Positions 24,100-39,489 of a stretch of DNA of 64,000 nt are shown here, in pieces. The DNA is taken from positions 159,402,001-159,466,000 of the forward strand of contig OX597816.1 in assembly GCA_951406725.2 (NCBI GenBank), written 5' to 3'. The stretch comes from Octopus vulgaris. Taxonomy: Eukaryota. Numbering within the stretch: the first letter of the stretch is position 1; the number at the start of each line of letters is the position of its first letter. The translations under genes were made by a program, and so were the position numbers. Below the pieces are notes generated by a model. The model did not search any database and had not been told where the DNA came from. It saw only the letters and a list, made by a program, of their open reading frames with translations.

Positions 24100-24216
24100 T
24101 TTATTTTATAGAAGGAGCTTCTACAGGACTAGTACTGTTTTATTCAAATGAAATCATCATGATTTCATTTGAATGAAACAGTACTAGTCCTGTAGAAACT
24201 CCTTCTATAAAATAAA
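24100..24216. repeat. 117-bp near-perfect palindrome, probable inverted PLE end
   Basis: 58-bp arms, 2 mismatches, 1-nt spacer at 24158. Confidence 0.92.
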
Positions 24217-24283
24217 TTAATCTACTCTGCTATGTATTGAGTACCTTATTTACTGTGGTTAACCCCGACTCAACCCGGGACCT

Positions 24284-24499
<216 letters not shown>

Positions 24500-24544
24500 T
24501 ATATATATAGATAGATTGATAGATAGATAATTAGTCTGTCGAAA

Positions 24545-24602
<58 letters not shown>

Positions 24603-24769
24603 ATGTATGTATATATATGTATGTAGGTATATATTAAAGAAAGTAAAAAATAAAACAGAAATGATAGTGTTCAGTATGTTGGCCACAGGAATTTCTGTCA
24701 AGGAGACAAGGTTAAACAAAGTTGTGCATCATTTCCCTCTTTCTCTCACATACCCACTCTTTTTCCTTC

Positions 24770-24852
<83 letters not shown>

Positions 24853-24983
24853 TCGCCATTGCCCTCACCTACTATTACACTCACCCCATCATGAGGAATA
24901 ATAGGAATGTCATTGAATAGTGAGTGGGGTGTCTAAAGTGTAACACTCTGACACACAGAAATTAGTTTTCGCATTTAGTATAT

Positions 24984-25080
<97 letters not shown>

Positions 25081-25082
<2 letters not shown>

Positions 25083-25222
25083 GACAGGGCTTCTTTCAGT
25101 TTCCGTCTAACAAATCCACTCACAAGGTTTTGGTTGGCTCGAGGCTATAGAAAAAAATACTTGCCCGAGGTGCCACGTAGTGGAACTAAACCCGGAACCT
25201 TGTGGTTGGTAAGCAAGCTACT
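25081..25222 (-). mobile_element. SINE A 5' half
   Basis: Matches other SINE A copies. Confidence 0.85.
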
Positions 25223-25652
25223 TTATTTCATAAAATTTGCCATGAAGGCATTACAAAGAGGGGACGGACAAAGACAAACAACCATAAAAAGGTGAAGTAG
25301 CTGCTAATCGATTGAAAATTAATGATGATAAATTGATACAATTAAAAATTCCAAATTTCAAATTCCAATTTTACAGACGTGATCCTCATTGCGACTTGCA
25401 ATGGATTCTCTGAAGAAAAGGCATCCGACCATCAGGGTAGAACCCTTGCTTTCTTTCGGACTCCATTTACCTGGTGCCTATTGCTCCCAGCTTTCTTGCC
25501 ACAGGCTTCCATCTTTTCTCGAATCTTTCTCGTGACAGGTACCTCTTCTCCAGCCAGATCTTTCTGCTGAGGTGGTAACTTTGCTCTTCTTCCTTCCGGG
25601 CTCGACAAAATATAATACTTGTAAAATAATGGAGTTGCTTTTCATAATTCAT
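25223..25652 (-). mobile_element. Tx1/L1-like LINE 3' fragment
   Basis: RKIWLEKRYLSRERFEKRWKPVAR aligns with KRKLRVEREVLTSSEFTERWVKVAK near 36460; pyrimidine-rich 3' tail ending GAAATAAAG. Confidence 0.6.
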
Positions 25653-25672
25653 CCTGGTTTCGAATGCAATTA

Positions 25673-26922
25673 TTGGGTCCTTACATAAATAATGCGTTTT
25701 TTAAATATTTCTTTTGCTTTTTAAAATCAAGACAAAGTTCTTTTTTAATCCCCATCATTTTCTGCAATGCTCTTCCGTCTATCTGATAGACTTGCAAGGT
25801 CTCTCTTCCAAAATTCACTTGTCCGTGACGGAAAATACTCCTCCAGTACTGTTCTGACCTCGTCTTAAGAATTCATATTTTTGAAGCCCAAACGATAAAG
25901 AAGACTGTGGAATAAAGGATAATCAGATGGGGCATTGTCAAACGAATATGGTACGTGGGGTATCGTTTCCCATTCAAACTGTTCCGCCTTTGGAATGTCA
26001 TTCTCGCTGTATGTGGCCGAACATTATCCTGATGGAAGAACACCTTTCGTCTTGGAACCAAAGATGGTTGTTTCTCTTAAGCTGCTCAAGCTGCTCGCAG
26101 TAGATCTCCTTTGTTATCGTTTGGTTTGGGTTTAAAAGTACAAAGTGGACTAAACCTTTAATATCCCATGAAACAGATAACAACATCTTATTGGGTGTAG
26201 ACCTTCTTTAACCTGGAGTGCTGGTGTTTCTCCTTTCCCTATCCACGGTTTTCGGCGCTTGACATTTTTATAGAGAACCCATTTCTTGTCACTAGTCACT
26301 ATTCGGTCCAAAAAGGTTCATTCGTGATACGTGACGGCAAAGAAGCGCTCACATTCACTCTTTGCGCGCGATTAGACTCGGAAAGTTTGTGAGGAACCCA
26401 TTGACCCAATTTTCTGACTTTTCCAATGGCACGCAGGTGTTGATCACTGGTTGAATGACCAAATCCACGCTTCTCTGCTAGTTCCTCAACAGTTACGATA
26501 GGATTTTGTTCCATCAGGTTCTGCAAGACGTCCTCGTCGAGCTCTGAAGATCTTCCAGGACGAGGCTCGTCTTCTAGGCTGTAGTTTCCGGCTCGGAATT
26601 TCTGGAACCACCGATGACACTGGCTTACACTTATCCCCAAATACTGTATTAATATTCCTCGCACTTTCCGTCGTGTTGTTGCCTTTATTGAACTCATAAA
26701 GCAAAATATGCCGAATATACTCCTTTGTCACGTCCATTATAGCTTTGAAAAAGTATCCATCAAAATCGAACTGCACTCTTCAAAACTTACTCTAAGAATA
26801 AATGCAATTTAATAATTACTACCTGCTTTTATAGCAGGTTGATGCAGGTAGTTTATCCTGTCCTTCTCCGATTTTTAGTTCACGCAATTGAAAAAAACCG
26901 TATTATTTATTGGCTGACTCAA
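25673..26922 (-). mobile_element. Full-length decayed mariner transposon
   Basis: Imperfect ~28-bp TIRs flanked by TA; transposase from about 26737 with MDVTKEYIRHILLYEF, LEDEPRPGR, WVPHKL, HQDNVRPH and APSDY; several frameshifts. Confidence 0.92.
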
Positions 26923-26926
26923 TATA

Positions 26927-27157
26927 TATTTCTTTACTACCCACAAGGGGCTAAACACAGAGGGGACAAACAAGGACAGACAAACGGATTAAGTCGATTA
27001 TATCGACCCCAGTGCGTAACTGGTCCTTAATTTATCGACCCCGAAAGGATGAAAGGCAAAGTCGACCTCGGCGGAATTTGAACCCAGAACGTAACGGCAG
27101 ACGAAATACGGCTACGCAATTCGCCCGGCGTGCTAACGATTCTGCCAGCTCGCCGCC
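26927..27157 (-). mobile_element. SINE B, tail type 1, inserted at the mariner TIR
   Basis: 17-bp TSD TTGGCTGACTCAATATA at 26910-26926 and 27158-27174. Confidence 0.92.
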
Positions 27158-28106
27158 TTGGCTGACTCAATATAATAGAAAAAACAGCAGAAGCAAGCAG
27201 CTTCCGGCACGCGAACCTTCATTCAATATATATGTGTGTACGTACTCAACCTGATAGAATTAACAGTCCATCTTCCTCAAACCAGACCCTACTGTCTTTT
27301 AAAAAAAAAGAACAAACTCAAAAATTCAGTTCTGGTTAAAGTTTGCAACAAATAAAAATCATAACACTCGTTAAAAATTATGAAGACGCATGATGATACT
27401 ATTAGGCTTCCGTAGTTTTCATTGACTATCAATGTTATCAAACATTCTAAGCCAACGAAAACAAGCAACAGTTTACGTTCAACAGAATAGCCGAATCCAA
27501 TGAGACATCAGGTAGCTACTTTCTGTAGAAAGAAACATATGTCACGCTCCGGTATAAGCTACTAACACCGGTTAAACAGTTGAACAGTGCGCCCGCTGTT
27601 ATAAAGTAGAGCAGCACGTGTTTTCAGGGCCAAAATTAACAATGGAATTTTGAGGTGACAATTAGCGAAACATTTTGATTTTAATTACAGAACATATAGA
27701 TTGAAAATAGAGAGTAATTTACTGACAATTAACCGAAGAAGAGTGTTTTTTTTTCATGGCCAATGAATCTAAGTTAGGAAGGTTAGAAATATATAATTTA
27801 ATAATAGGTTTTTTGTGTTTGTCAAACATATATAAAATACTATATTTATACATTTAATTACGACGTACGTAATTAATGCTAAGGGTGCGCGCGCGAGTAC
27901 GTGCGTGCGTGCGTGCATGCGTGCGTGTGTGTGTGTTCGTGTTGTAAATTGGAGTGGGAAAACAAGAGAGGCTGGGCAGTGATTAAAACAAACGTGACCG
28001 CGAAAATCCAAATATATATGTATTTATATAAACTTGTATGTATGTCTGCATGCATGAATGTATGCATGTTTGTATGTATATACACATACATAGACATAAA
28101 TATATT

Positions 28107-28154
<48 letters not shown>

Positions 28155-28332
28155 CAGATTTATATCTATGGATTATATAGCATGCATATATTTATGTATA
28201 TATCTATACATATATGTATCTATAAATATGCATATAAATATATTTATGCATATATGTGTATATGTATTTATATTGGCGCATAGGTGTGTATATTGGTATA
28301 CCTATATATGTATGCATGTATAAATATCGTAT

Positions 28333-28410
<78 letters not shown>

Positions 28411-28510
28411 ATAATCCAAACAAGAAAACAAAAAAACACAACAACGCAAGGACGTGGAACAAATAAAGTATTATTGGACGCTCAGGAAAGAAGGGAAGAA
28501 GGAATATATA

Positions 28511-28589
<79 letters not shown>

Positions 28590-28702
28590 ATAAACATGTG
28601 TTTCTGAGTATTTATATATGTGTGTGCTATATATACATGTGAATGTATGTGCATGTATATATAGCACACATATATTCATATACATGTATAAAAATATATA
28701 TG

Positions 28703-28743
<41 letters not shown>

Positions 28744-29281
28744 GCATGTATATAAATATATATGTACACATACACACGTATATATTTGTGCACGCGTACA
28801 TACATACATACATACATACGTACAAACATACATACATACATACATACATACATACATACATACATACATACATACATACATACATACATACATACATACA
28901 TACATACATACATACATTCATAAATACGTATTCTGGGTGTGGCATAAGGGCCGTGCTAAGTGCGCGTTGCTGTCAATGACAGTAAATTGTCTTCATTAAT
29001 AATTCTATTCTTGCTGTATCCGAGCGTAATCCGCTTATATATATATATCTAACAACACAATCAGAAATAAAGATGAAGTCGCGTTGAACTCGTTGCTGTT
29101 GTATAATGTACAGAAATAGTGTACGTTTGTATTTCTGTTCTTGAAGAAAAAGTTATGCAGAGTTGTAAGTAGCAGTAAACACTGTGACAAGACGCTTCGC
29201 ATGATAGTCATACGCAACGCCATGTGTCTGCTTATCAATATATCTATCTGTCTATCTGTCTGTCTACCTATACATGCATAC

Positions 29282-29324
<43 letters not shown>

Positions 29325-29435
29325 CATGTATGTATGTATGTATATATATATATAGATATATGTATAGTGTATATATATATATGTATATATATATATATAG
29401 CCCCATGGCCGACAAGTCAGACACTAAAACCAAGC

Positions 29436-31382
<1,947 letters not shown>

Positions 31383-31986
31383 GCGCCAATTAAAACTGAT
31401 TTGTCTGCAAACCCCTGACAGGGCATGACGTCACTGGTGTAACAAACATGCTCGTCACTGAAATCAAAAAATATAATAAGCTAAGCAAAAACTTTTTATT
31501 TAAATGAAAAGAGCAGACACATCGGTTTGTTGCTACTGGGTATAGGCCCGGATTTGATGAAACCCAACTAGGTCATCAGGAACATCATACATGAACATCA
31601 TACAGGAACATCATATATGATGCATCCCAGAGAATTCGTCAGTTATTTTTGGGAATCATAAATTCAAATTTCTGTCATTAAACTGAAGACATATTATTGG
31701 GGTATCACCTTCACGGGTTTAGTTGATAAGTATCGCAGTGTGTGTGTATGTATGTGTGTGTATATAGATATTTTGTTTCAGTCATTTGACTGCGGCTGTA
31801 TTATATAAGTATGAATATACGATCACACACACACACACACACACATACATACACGTATACATAGGTAAAAACATAGCATCCGGGTATCAATTATTCATTG
31901 GAAAGTATGTCTACTTACAACCAGTTTCATATACATTCGATTTATACATATAAATACTGTCATAACACACAAATACATGCACAAAC

Positions 31987-32069
<83 letters not shown>

Positions 32070-32168
32070 TTCAGCAACAATTTAGATTCAAATGAATATG
32101 GTACTTAATTTAGATGCACCAGAATTTTGTATGGTGTTATCCATAAAATTTTGCGGGGTGATTATTTT

Positions 32169-32203
<35 letters not shown>

Positions 32204-32391
32204 TACTTGTTTATCTGTGTATGTGTTGCATATGCATGTATATATAAGTACATAAAGAATAAAATACATAGTGCATGTTAAACAGAATTTTTTAATACAA
32301 TATCGAATTTTGCATTAAATCATTTTTTTAACGACGAATTTTCTTTCTCACATTTTCTCTTTTATCATGTCTGTTGAATAACAAAAGACAC

Positions 32392-32445
<54 letters not shown>

Positions 32446-32718
32446 GTGTCTACATGGAACCTTAGAATGTAAACATGATGGTACTATTTTTTTCATTTCG
32501 TATGTACGTATGTTCTGCACATGAGTATGTATATATATATAGAATGTCCTTGTGTCCTTGTTTGTTTATATACTCTGCTGCATACTGTTTATGTTGGTGT
32601 GTCAAACGGGTATATAAATATGCAGACTGGTGTATTTAACTCTTGGAACTATTTATAGCTATATGTATGAAAATATAGACATGCATGCATGTATGTATGT
32701 ATGCACATATGTATGCAC

Positions 32719-32749
<31 letters not shown>

Positions 32750-32836
32750 TGTATGTATGTATGTATGTATGTGATATGTATATATATATTCTGGTTATTT
32801 TGACAGGATACAGGATATAATTAGGTAACGTGTGTT

Positions 32837-32867
<31 letters not shown>

Positions 32868-34179
32868 TTATATATATCACTCAAAGCAAATAAGTGATGA
32901 AAGCAGTTTGTGACACTGTCCGTTAATGAAAATATTTCGAAAAAGGCCGTACCCCATAATGAAAGCGGGGGGCGAAAAAAAAAAATGAAAGATTGGATTT
33001 CTAGTTTCAGGGTTATATCCTCTACTTTGAAATGTCTTATATTTCTGTTTGCTTATATAAATATCAACATTACGACGATAATTATTATTATCACCGACGA
33101 AGAGAGCAGATGGCATACGACGAATTAATAAAAAAACATGAAAACGGAACGAGTTGGGACAAGACTTATATATATTAACTGTCGAACAGAATGCTGGGAT
33201 TGGCATATATGAGGTCACATGATACATGTGACTACCAACAACGTGTTTCACTATTACTTCAGTGCATTTGCTCGCAATTTTGCTTCGTCAATTAAATTAG
33301 CTTTTATTTTTGGCGGTTAGAAATTTTATATTTCAGTTTTAATTTCATTAGTATCGCTTATTTATTTATTTATTTATTTATAAATTTTTATTTATTTATA
33401 AATTTTTATTTATTTATAAAAAAATTTTATTTTAAATTAGAAAAAGTGTTGCTGAAGTAAAAATAATTTTAAAAAAAAAAGGCAAAAGCTTAGCATTCTA
33501 TTTATAATGGTTATCAGAAATCCTATTTGATGGGACATGGAGATAATTTTTAAAAAAACTAATTGCTAATTAATGGATGGACACGAGGGAAAACATGAAT
33601 AATGCAATAATTCTATTAAAGCTTTACTTATATACACGAGAAGGGCAAAATGCCATCTTATTCTCTCCCCCACCCCTCCCTCCTCCCTCTCTCTGTTTAT
33701 CGCCTTATCTCTCCCCTCTCTCTTTCTCTGTCTGTCTACCTCTGTCTGTCTTATATCTGTCTCTCTCTCTCCCTATCTCTTTATATAATGTTTGCTTTTA
33801 TTATGACGCGTCATAACAAAAACAATCTAACATTAAACTGAAGAATTAATACTTTTTGCAGAGTACATATTGTACTTTTACAAGAGGTTTGACGAGCCTG
33901 CTAACCTTCATCGACTGTTGCACGCACGCGCGCACGTGTATGTGTATGTGTGCGCACGCACACACAGAGCCCCCCCTCCCCACATACACATGTATTTATG
34001 TATGTATGTACTTCCTAAGCATATAACCACGCCTGAGCTTATGTGCATGTTTATTAATTTTTACGAGAGATAATGTAGACAGCGACTTTTACCAGGCTGG
34101 AGCTTTAGTTATTTAGCTTCTTGTGGAAAGGGGTGTGTTCCAATATTCAAGCGGTCGGTCTATTACCAGCACCTTTTTG

Positions 34180-35340
34180 CATGGCGGCTTAGGCATGCTG
34201 TGGCTGCTGATGCGTAGACACGCACTTAGTTGCTCCATCTGCAACGATTCCTAGAAAGTAAGTATTGTGGTTGTGGTGGTGGTGGTGGTGGTGGTGGGGG
34301 CGTTCGTGAGACACATCATTCCGACGCTCGGCTTCTTGATGCGGCTGAAGTGCTAGGTGAATGAAAGATTGAGGTTGGATGCCTGGTACCTATAGTGTCG
34401 TCAGGTTCTCACAGCCCTCTACCAGTCGGATAATGGGATCAGTGGGTGTTCCACTTTAGCTATATATTGAGGATTAGTGACGGGGGAGCGTGGCGGCATT
34501 CTCGAGGAGATTAGACGTCAATGAAAACGGACTAGACCCTTCTGGAGGACTCTCCGGACGGAGACTACCATGGATAATATCCAGAACTCCTTGGCCTAGC
34601 AGTACAATCGACGGGCGCTACCGACTTGAGATAAACTCTAATGGTACGGATGAGTGGTCGGACGGGCTTGTCTGAGATGCACACAGAGCGACGAAACCAT
34701 TCTGCACATACTCGTTCAGTGACCGAGCATTGCTGACTTGCGGAGTTTTGTCGAACAGCTGCTGTCGCGTGTCAGACGTATCCATCAACCGGCCATTTTT
34801 ATGGTGAAGATTACCCTACCGTCCTCTTTTAACTGGGCTGGTAAACCGGTTTTCCTTTGTCTAGTGTACGAGGTTTAAAAATATGAGGACAAAGACATTC
34901 CTCTTTGGTAGGACCCTCATCTGCTTGAGAAAGAAAGTGATCGTGGAGGGGGGAGATGTTGTCCTCGAGTAAATTTATTGAAAGGTGAGTGAAAGTTACG
35001 AAAATGGCAGGAGTGGATGACACCGCTTTAAGTATAGACCCGTGAGTCGGAAAACAGGATTTGGAAATGGTGCTTGCCTTGGTGATCAGGGAGATCATGA
35101 ATAGCGTGGAATTCCTTGATTGTTCTTAGAGATCTTCCTGAATCAGGAGGACCACTTTGCTAGCCCCATTTTAAACTTTTTTTTCATTGTTGTATATTAT
35201 GCCCACTTCCTTTCTTTTATTTAAACGCCCATTGTTTTTTTCATTTACTTTTATGTAAATCTCCACACTTCATGTCTGTCTTCATACTGTCTCCCTCATC
35301 TGTCGCCCTGGTGGTAAATAAAAGAAATCATCATCACCAT
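34180..35340 (+). mobile_element. Tx1/L1-like LINE 3' part, older copy
   Basis: GGLGM motif near 34184; collinear with 35743-36900; ends AATAAAAGAAATCATCATC. Confidence 0.8.
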
Positions 35341-35341
35341 C

Positions 35342-35742
35342 GGCAGACTCGTTAGCACGCCGGGCGAAATGCTTTGCGGTATTTCGTCTGCCTCTACGTT
35401 CTGAGTTCAAATTCCGCCGAGGTCAACTTTGCCTTTCATCCTTTCGGGGGTCAATTAAATAAATACCAGTTACGCACTGGGGTCGATGTAATCGACTTAA
35501 TCCGTGTGTCTGTCCTTGTTTGTCCCCTCTGTGTTTAGCCCCTTGTGGGTAGTAAAGAAATAGGTATTTTGTCCGTCTTTACGTTCTGAGTTCAAATTCC
35601 ACCGAGATCGATTTTGTCTTTCATCCTTTCGGGGTCGATAAATTAAGTACCAGTGAAACTCTGGGGTCGATGTAATCGACTAGTCCCCTCCCCACAAATG
35701 TGAGGCCTTGCGCCTCCAGTAGAAATGATTATTGTTATTATT
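35342..35742 (+). mobile_element. SINE B dimer (tail 1 + tail 2)
   Basis: Junction AAAGAAATA-GGTATTT near 35562. Confidence 0.88.
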
Positions 35743-36900
35743 ATGCGCTTAGATTACGCCACCTGCAAAGATTTCTGGATGGTGAGGGATCCGTTTGTGA
35801 GGCTCGTCTTTCCGCAGCTCGTCTCCTTGATAGGGCTGCAGTCCTGGATGAAGGAAAGACCGAGACTGGACGCCTGGTACCTAGAATGTCGTTAGGCGCT
35901 CACAACTCTCTACCAGTCGGGCAATGGGATCGGTGGATGTTTCGCTTTAGAAATCTATTGAGGATTAGTGGCGAGGGAGTGCGACGACGTTCTCAGGGAG
36001 ACTCTGGGCGCCGACGAGAACGAACTGGCTAGTCTGTTCCGGAGGACTTTCAAATCGGGAACTATCATGCATAATTTCCAGATGTCCTTGGCCTGGCAGT
36101 GCTACCGGGGGTGCTACCGGTTCGAGACAAGCTCTACAAGCACGGATGTGCTGTCAGACGGACTTGTCCGGGGTGCGCGTTGAGTGATGAAACCATTTTG
36201 CACGCCCTCGTTCAGTGTCCGGGCATTGCTGACTTGTGGGGCTATATTGAACAGCTATTGTTACGTGTGGGACGGATCCGTCTGTCGGTCGAGCCTGTAG
36301 TGATGATTGCACCGCCACCCTCCTTCAGTCGGGCAGGCAAGGCAGTGTTCCTTTGCCTGGTGGCTGTGGCGAAAGAGGTTTGATGGACAAGGCTGAAAGA
36401 CATGAGGATAGATACATTCCTCTTTGGTAGAGCTCTCATTGACTTTTTCCAGTTTCACTTGAAAAGGAAATTGAGAGTGGAGAGAGAAGTGCTGACCTCG
36501 AGTGAGTTTACTGAAAGGTGGGTGAAAGTTGCGAAAATGGCAAGGGTGTATGGTACCTCTCTAAGTGCAGACCTGTATGTCGGAGAGAAGGAATTGGAGA
36601 GGGTACTTGCTCAGAGGGTTTCAGGGAAAACTCGGACAGTGGGGTTCCTCGATCATCCCTAGAGACATTCTTGTATCAGGAGGGCCACATCTCTATCCCC
36701 CCCCCACACTTTATTTTTTTTTTACCTTTGTATGCTATGCATATGTCTCTTCTTTTCTAGTGTATACCGTGTATACTTTTCTTTTTATCATTTCATTATT
36801 ATATGTAAACTCCGCACACTTTATGTCTGTCTCTATATTGTCCCCCTCATCCTTTGGCCTTGTGGCAAATAAATGAAATCATAATCAATCATCATCATCA
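35743..36900 (+). mobile_element. Tx1/L1-like LINE 3' part with zf-RVT-type CCHC
   Basis: LAWQCYRG/LPVRDKL..CPGC..ETILHALVQC..LW; tail AATAAATGAAATC-(ATC)n(ATT)n. Confidence 0.88.
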
Positions 36901-36955
<55 letters not shown>

Positions 36956-36956
<1 letters not shown>

Positions 36957-37143
36957 TTGGTTTGACTCATATTCGGTCTTATTCCTTGTAGGAATTATCT
37001 GGATAGCAGGTTACTACTTGTAACTTTAACTATCCACAAGTTTTCAGCAGTCTTAGAACCCTATTATTATTATTATTGTTGTTGTTGTTGTTGTTGTTGT
37101 TATTGTCGTCGTTGTTGTAGTTGTTGTTGTTGTTGTTGTTGTA

Positions 37144-37214
<71 letters not shown>

Positions 37215-37397
37215 TTTTTTTTCTTCTTTCAAATTTGCTTCCATTTCTTGCCGAGTGTCTTCCCGACTCCTAGGGCAAAGAAACTCATAGTATACATTGG
37301 TAGGCCATTAAACCAAACTCAATAGTTCGTTCATTTTTTTTAATTTTTTTTTTTAAGTTAAATTAAAATACATGAGCAGCAACAGTTCTCACATCGA

Positions 37398-37475
<78 letters not shown>

Positions 37476-38140
37476 CATTATTATTATTATTATAAAAAGG
37501 CGACGAGCTGGCAGAAACGTTAGCACGCCGGACGAAATGCTTAGCGGTATTTCGTCTGCCGTTACGTTCTGAGTTCAAATTCCGCCGAGGTCGACTTTCC
37601 CTTGCTTCCTTTCGGAGTCGATTAAATAAGTACCAGTTACGCACTGGGGTCGATATAATCGACTTAATCCGTTTGTCTGTCCTTGTTTGTCCTCTCTGTG
37701 TTTAGCCCCTTGTGGGCAGTAAAGAAATAGGTATTTCGTCTGTTGAAATTACGCCGGGGTCGACTTTGCCATTCATCCTTTTCGGGTTGATTAAATATGT
37801 ACCAGTTACGCACTGGGGTCAATGTAATCGACTTAATCTCTTCTTCCAAATTTGAGGCCTTGTGATTCCAGTAGAAAGGATTATTATTATTATTATTCTA
37901 TGTTTGACTTTTGCTTTATGTCTGTACAAGTTGGCTCCAAGTCTCACCCAGAGACCTCAAGAGACAACAGGTTGGAAGTTCTGTGCCATATATTTGGGTT
38001 TTTTTTTTTTTGGTGTTGTACTAGTTTGGTTTGAGTTAGATTCGGTCTTGTTCCTTGTAGGAATTATGTGGATAGCGGGTTACTACTTGTAACCTTAGGT
38101 ATCCACAAGTTTTCAGCAGTCTTTCAAGTGCTTAGAACCC

Positions 38141-38207
<67 letters not shown>

Positions 38208-38277
38208 TGGTTTTATTTTTTATAGCGTGCTTTCACTTCACTACCGAGCGCAGCTCTGTGTGCCTTGGGTATGTGCT

Positions 38278-38340
<63 letters not shown>

Positions 38341-38427
38341 TCAGGAATACAAATATACGAAGCCCAGATACCCATCATGACCACCTGTCTGATAAAGGTA
38401 CACCAGGCATATGCATCATAACCATAT
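36956..38427 (-). mobile_element. Stack of short retroelement 3' ends separated by (TTA)n, including a SINE B dimer (37499-37895, + strand)
   Basis: 37896-38024 is the reverse complement of the Dong 3' UTR (8645-8795); 36956-37061 matches 38025-38140; 38350-38427 is the reverse complement of 9275-9345. Confidence 0.8.
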
Positions 38428-38567
38428 TATAATAATACTTAGTCGGAGAAGAGACTGCATTAACCATGAACTTACCAAGAGCTCCCCAGACTGGTGACAT
38501 TGATGAAATCGATCTATTTATTGATACCTGCAGAAAACACCTGACTAGTGAAAATATGCATATCAGT

Positions 38568-39011
38568 TCTCCCCTTCCTCCTTCACCTTCTCTGCTTCCC
38601 CCTCTTCTTCTTCTTCTTCTTCTTCTTCTTCTTCTTCTTCTTCTTCTCCTCCTCCTCCTCCTCCTCCTCCCCATCCTCCCCTTTCCCGCCCTCGTCTCTG
38701 TTCACTCCCTCCCCGTCTTCCTCATTCCTGTCCTCCCCTGCTCCCCCGTTCTCCTCCTTCCCCTCCCCGTTCTCCTCCTCTTCCCCTCCCCGTTCTCCTC
38801 CTCTTCCCCCTCTCCTTCTCCCCCTCCCTCTCCTCGTTCTCTTCCTCCCTGTCTTCTTCCTCCTCATCCTCGTCCTTTCTCTCTTCCTCGTCCTTCCCCT
38901 CTTCCTCGTCTTCCCCTATTTCCCATCGTTCCTCCTCTTCCTTCTTCCCTTCGTTCTCTCTTTTCTCTTCTTCCTCCTCCTCCTTCCTCCTCCTTTTTCT
39001 CTTCCTCTTCT
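38568..39011 (+). repeat. ~440-bp polypyrimidine low-complexity tract including (CTT)n(CCT)n
   Basis: Read directly. Confidence 0.9.
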
Positions 39012-39334
39012 AATACGCGTACGTTTCCAAACACGTGAATATTATCTCTCTATCTTTAGACTTTAATCTGTCCTTCAATTTAGCACCTTTATCTGGTTCT
39101 TCGATATCTTTAGAGGGATCCAGATGCTCCCTGTCTTCAAGGACTTTTCTCAAATTCCTTGAAAGTGTGCTGTCGTCTTTGCATTATTCTCCATCTAAGC
39201 CACGAGTTGTGTGTGTATGTGCGTGCGTGTATATATATACACATATATAATACACACACACATATACGCACACATGCGTATACATGTGCATATATCTATG
39301 TGTGTACAATCACACACACACACACACACACATG

Positions 39335-39376
<42 letters not shown>

Positions 39377-39489
39377 TGCATTCATATTCGTTTCTTCTTT
39401 CATTTCTTATTCTTTTACAAATTCCAGTCCCAGGTTTGTGACCATGCTGCAGCACCACCGACACGACTAGCCCTGTGTCTGCAAGTACT

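Noticed and set aside
38466-39066. Pro/Leu/Ser-rich protein ORFs
   Set aside because: Artefact of the pyrimidine tract.
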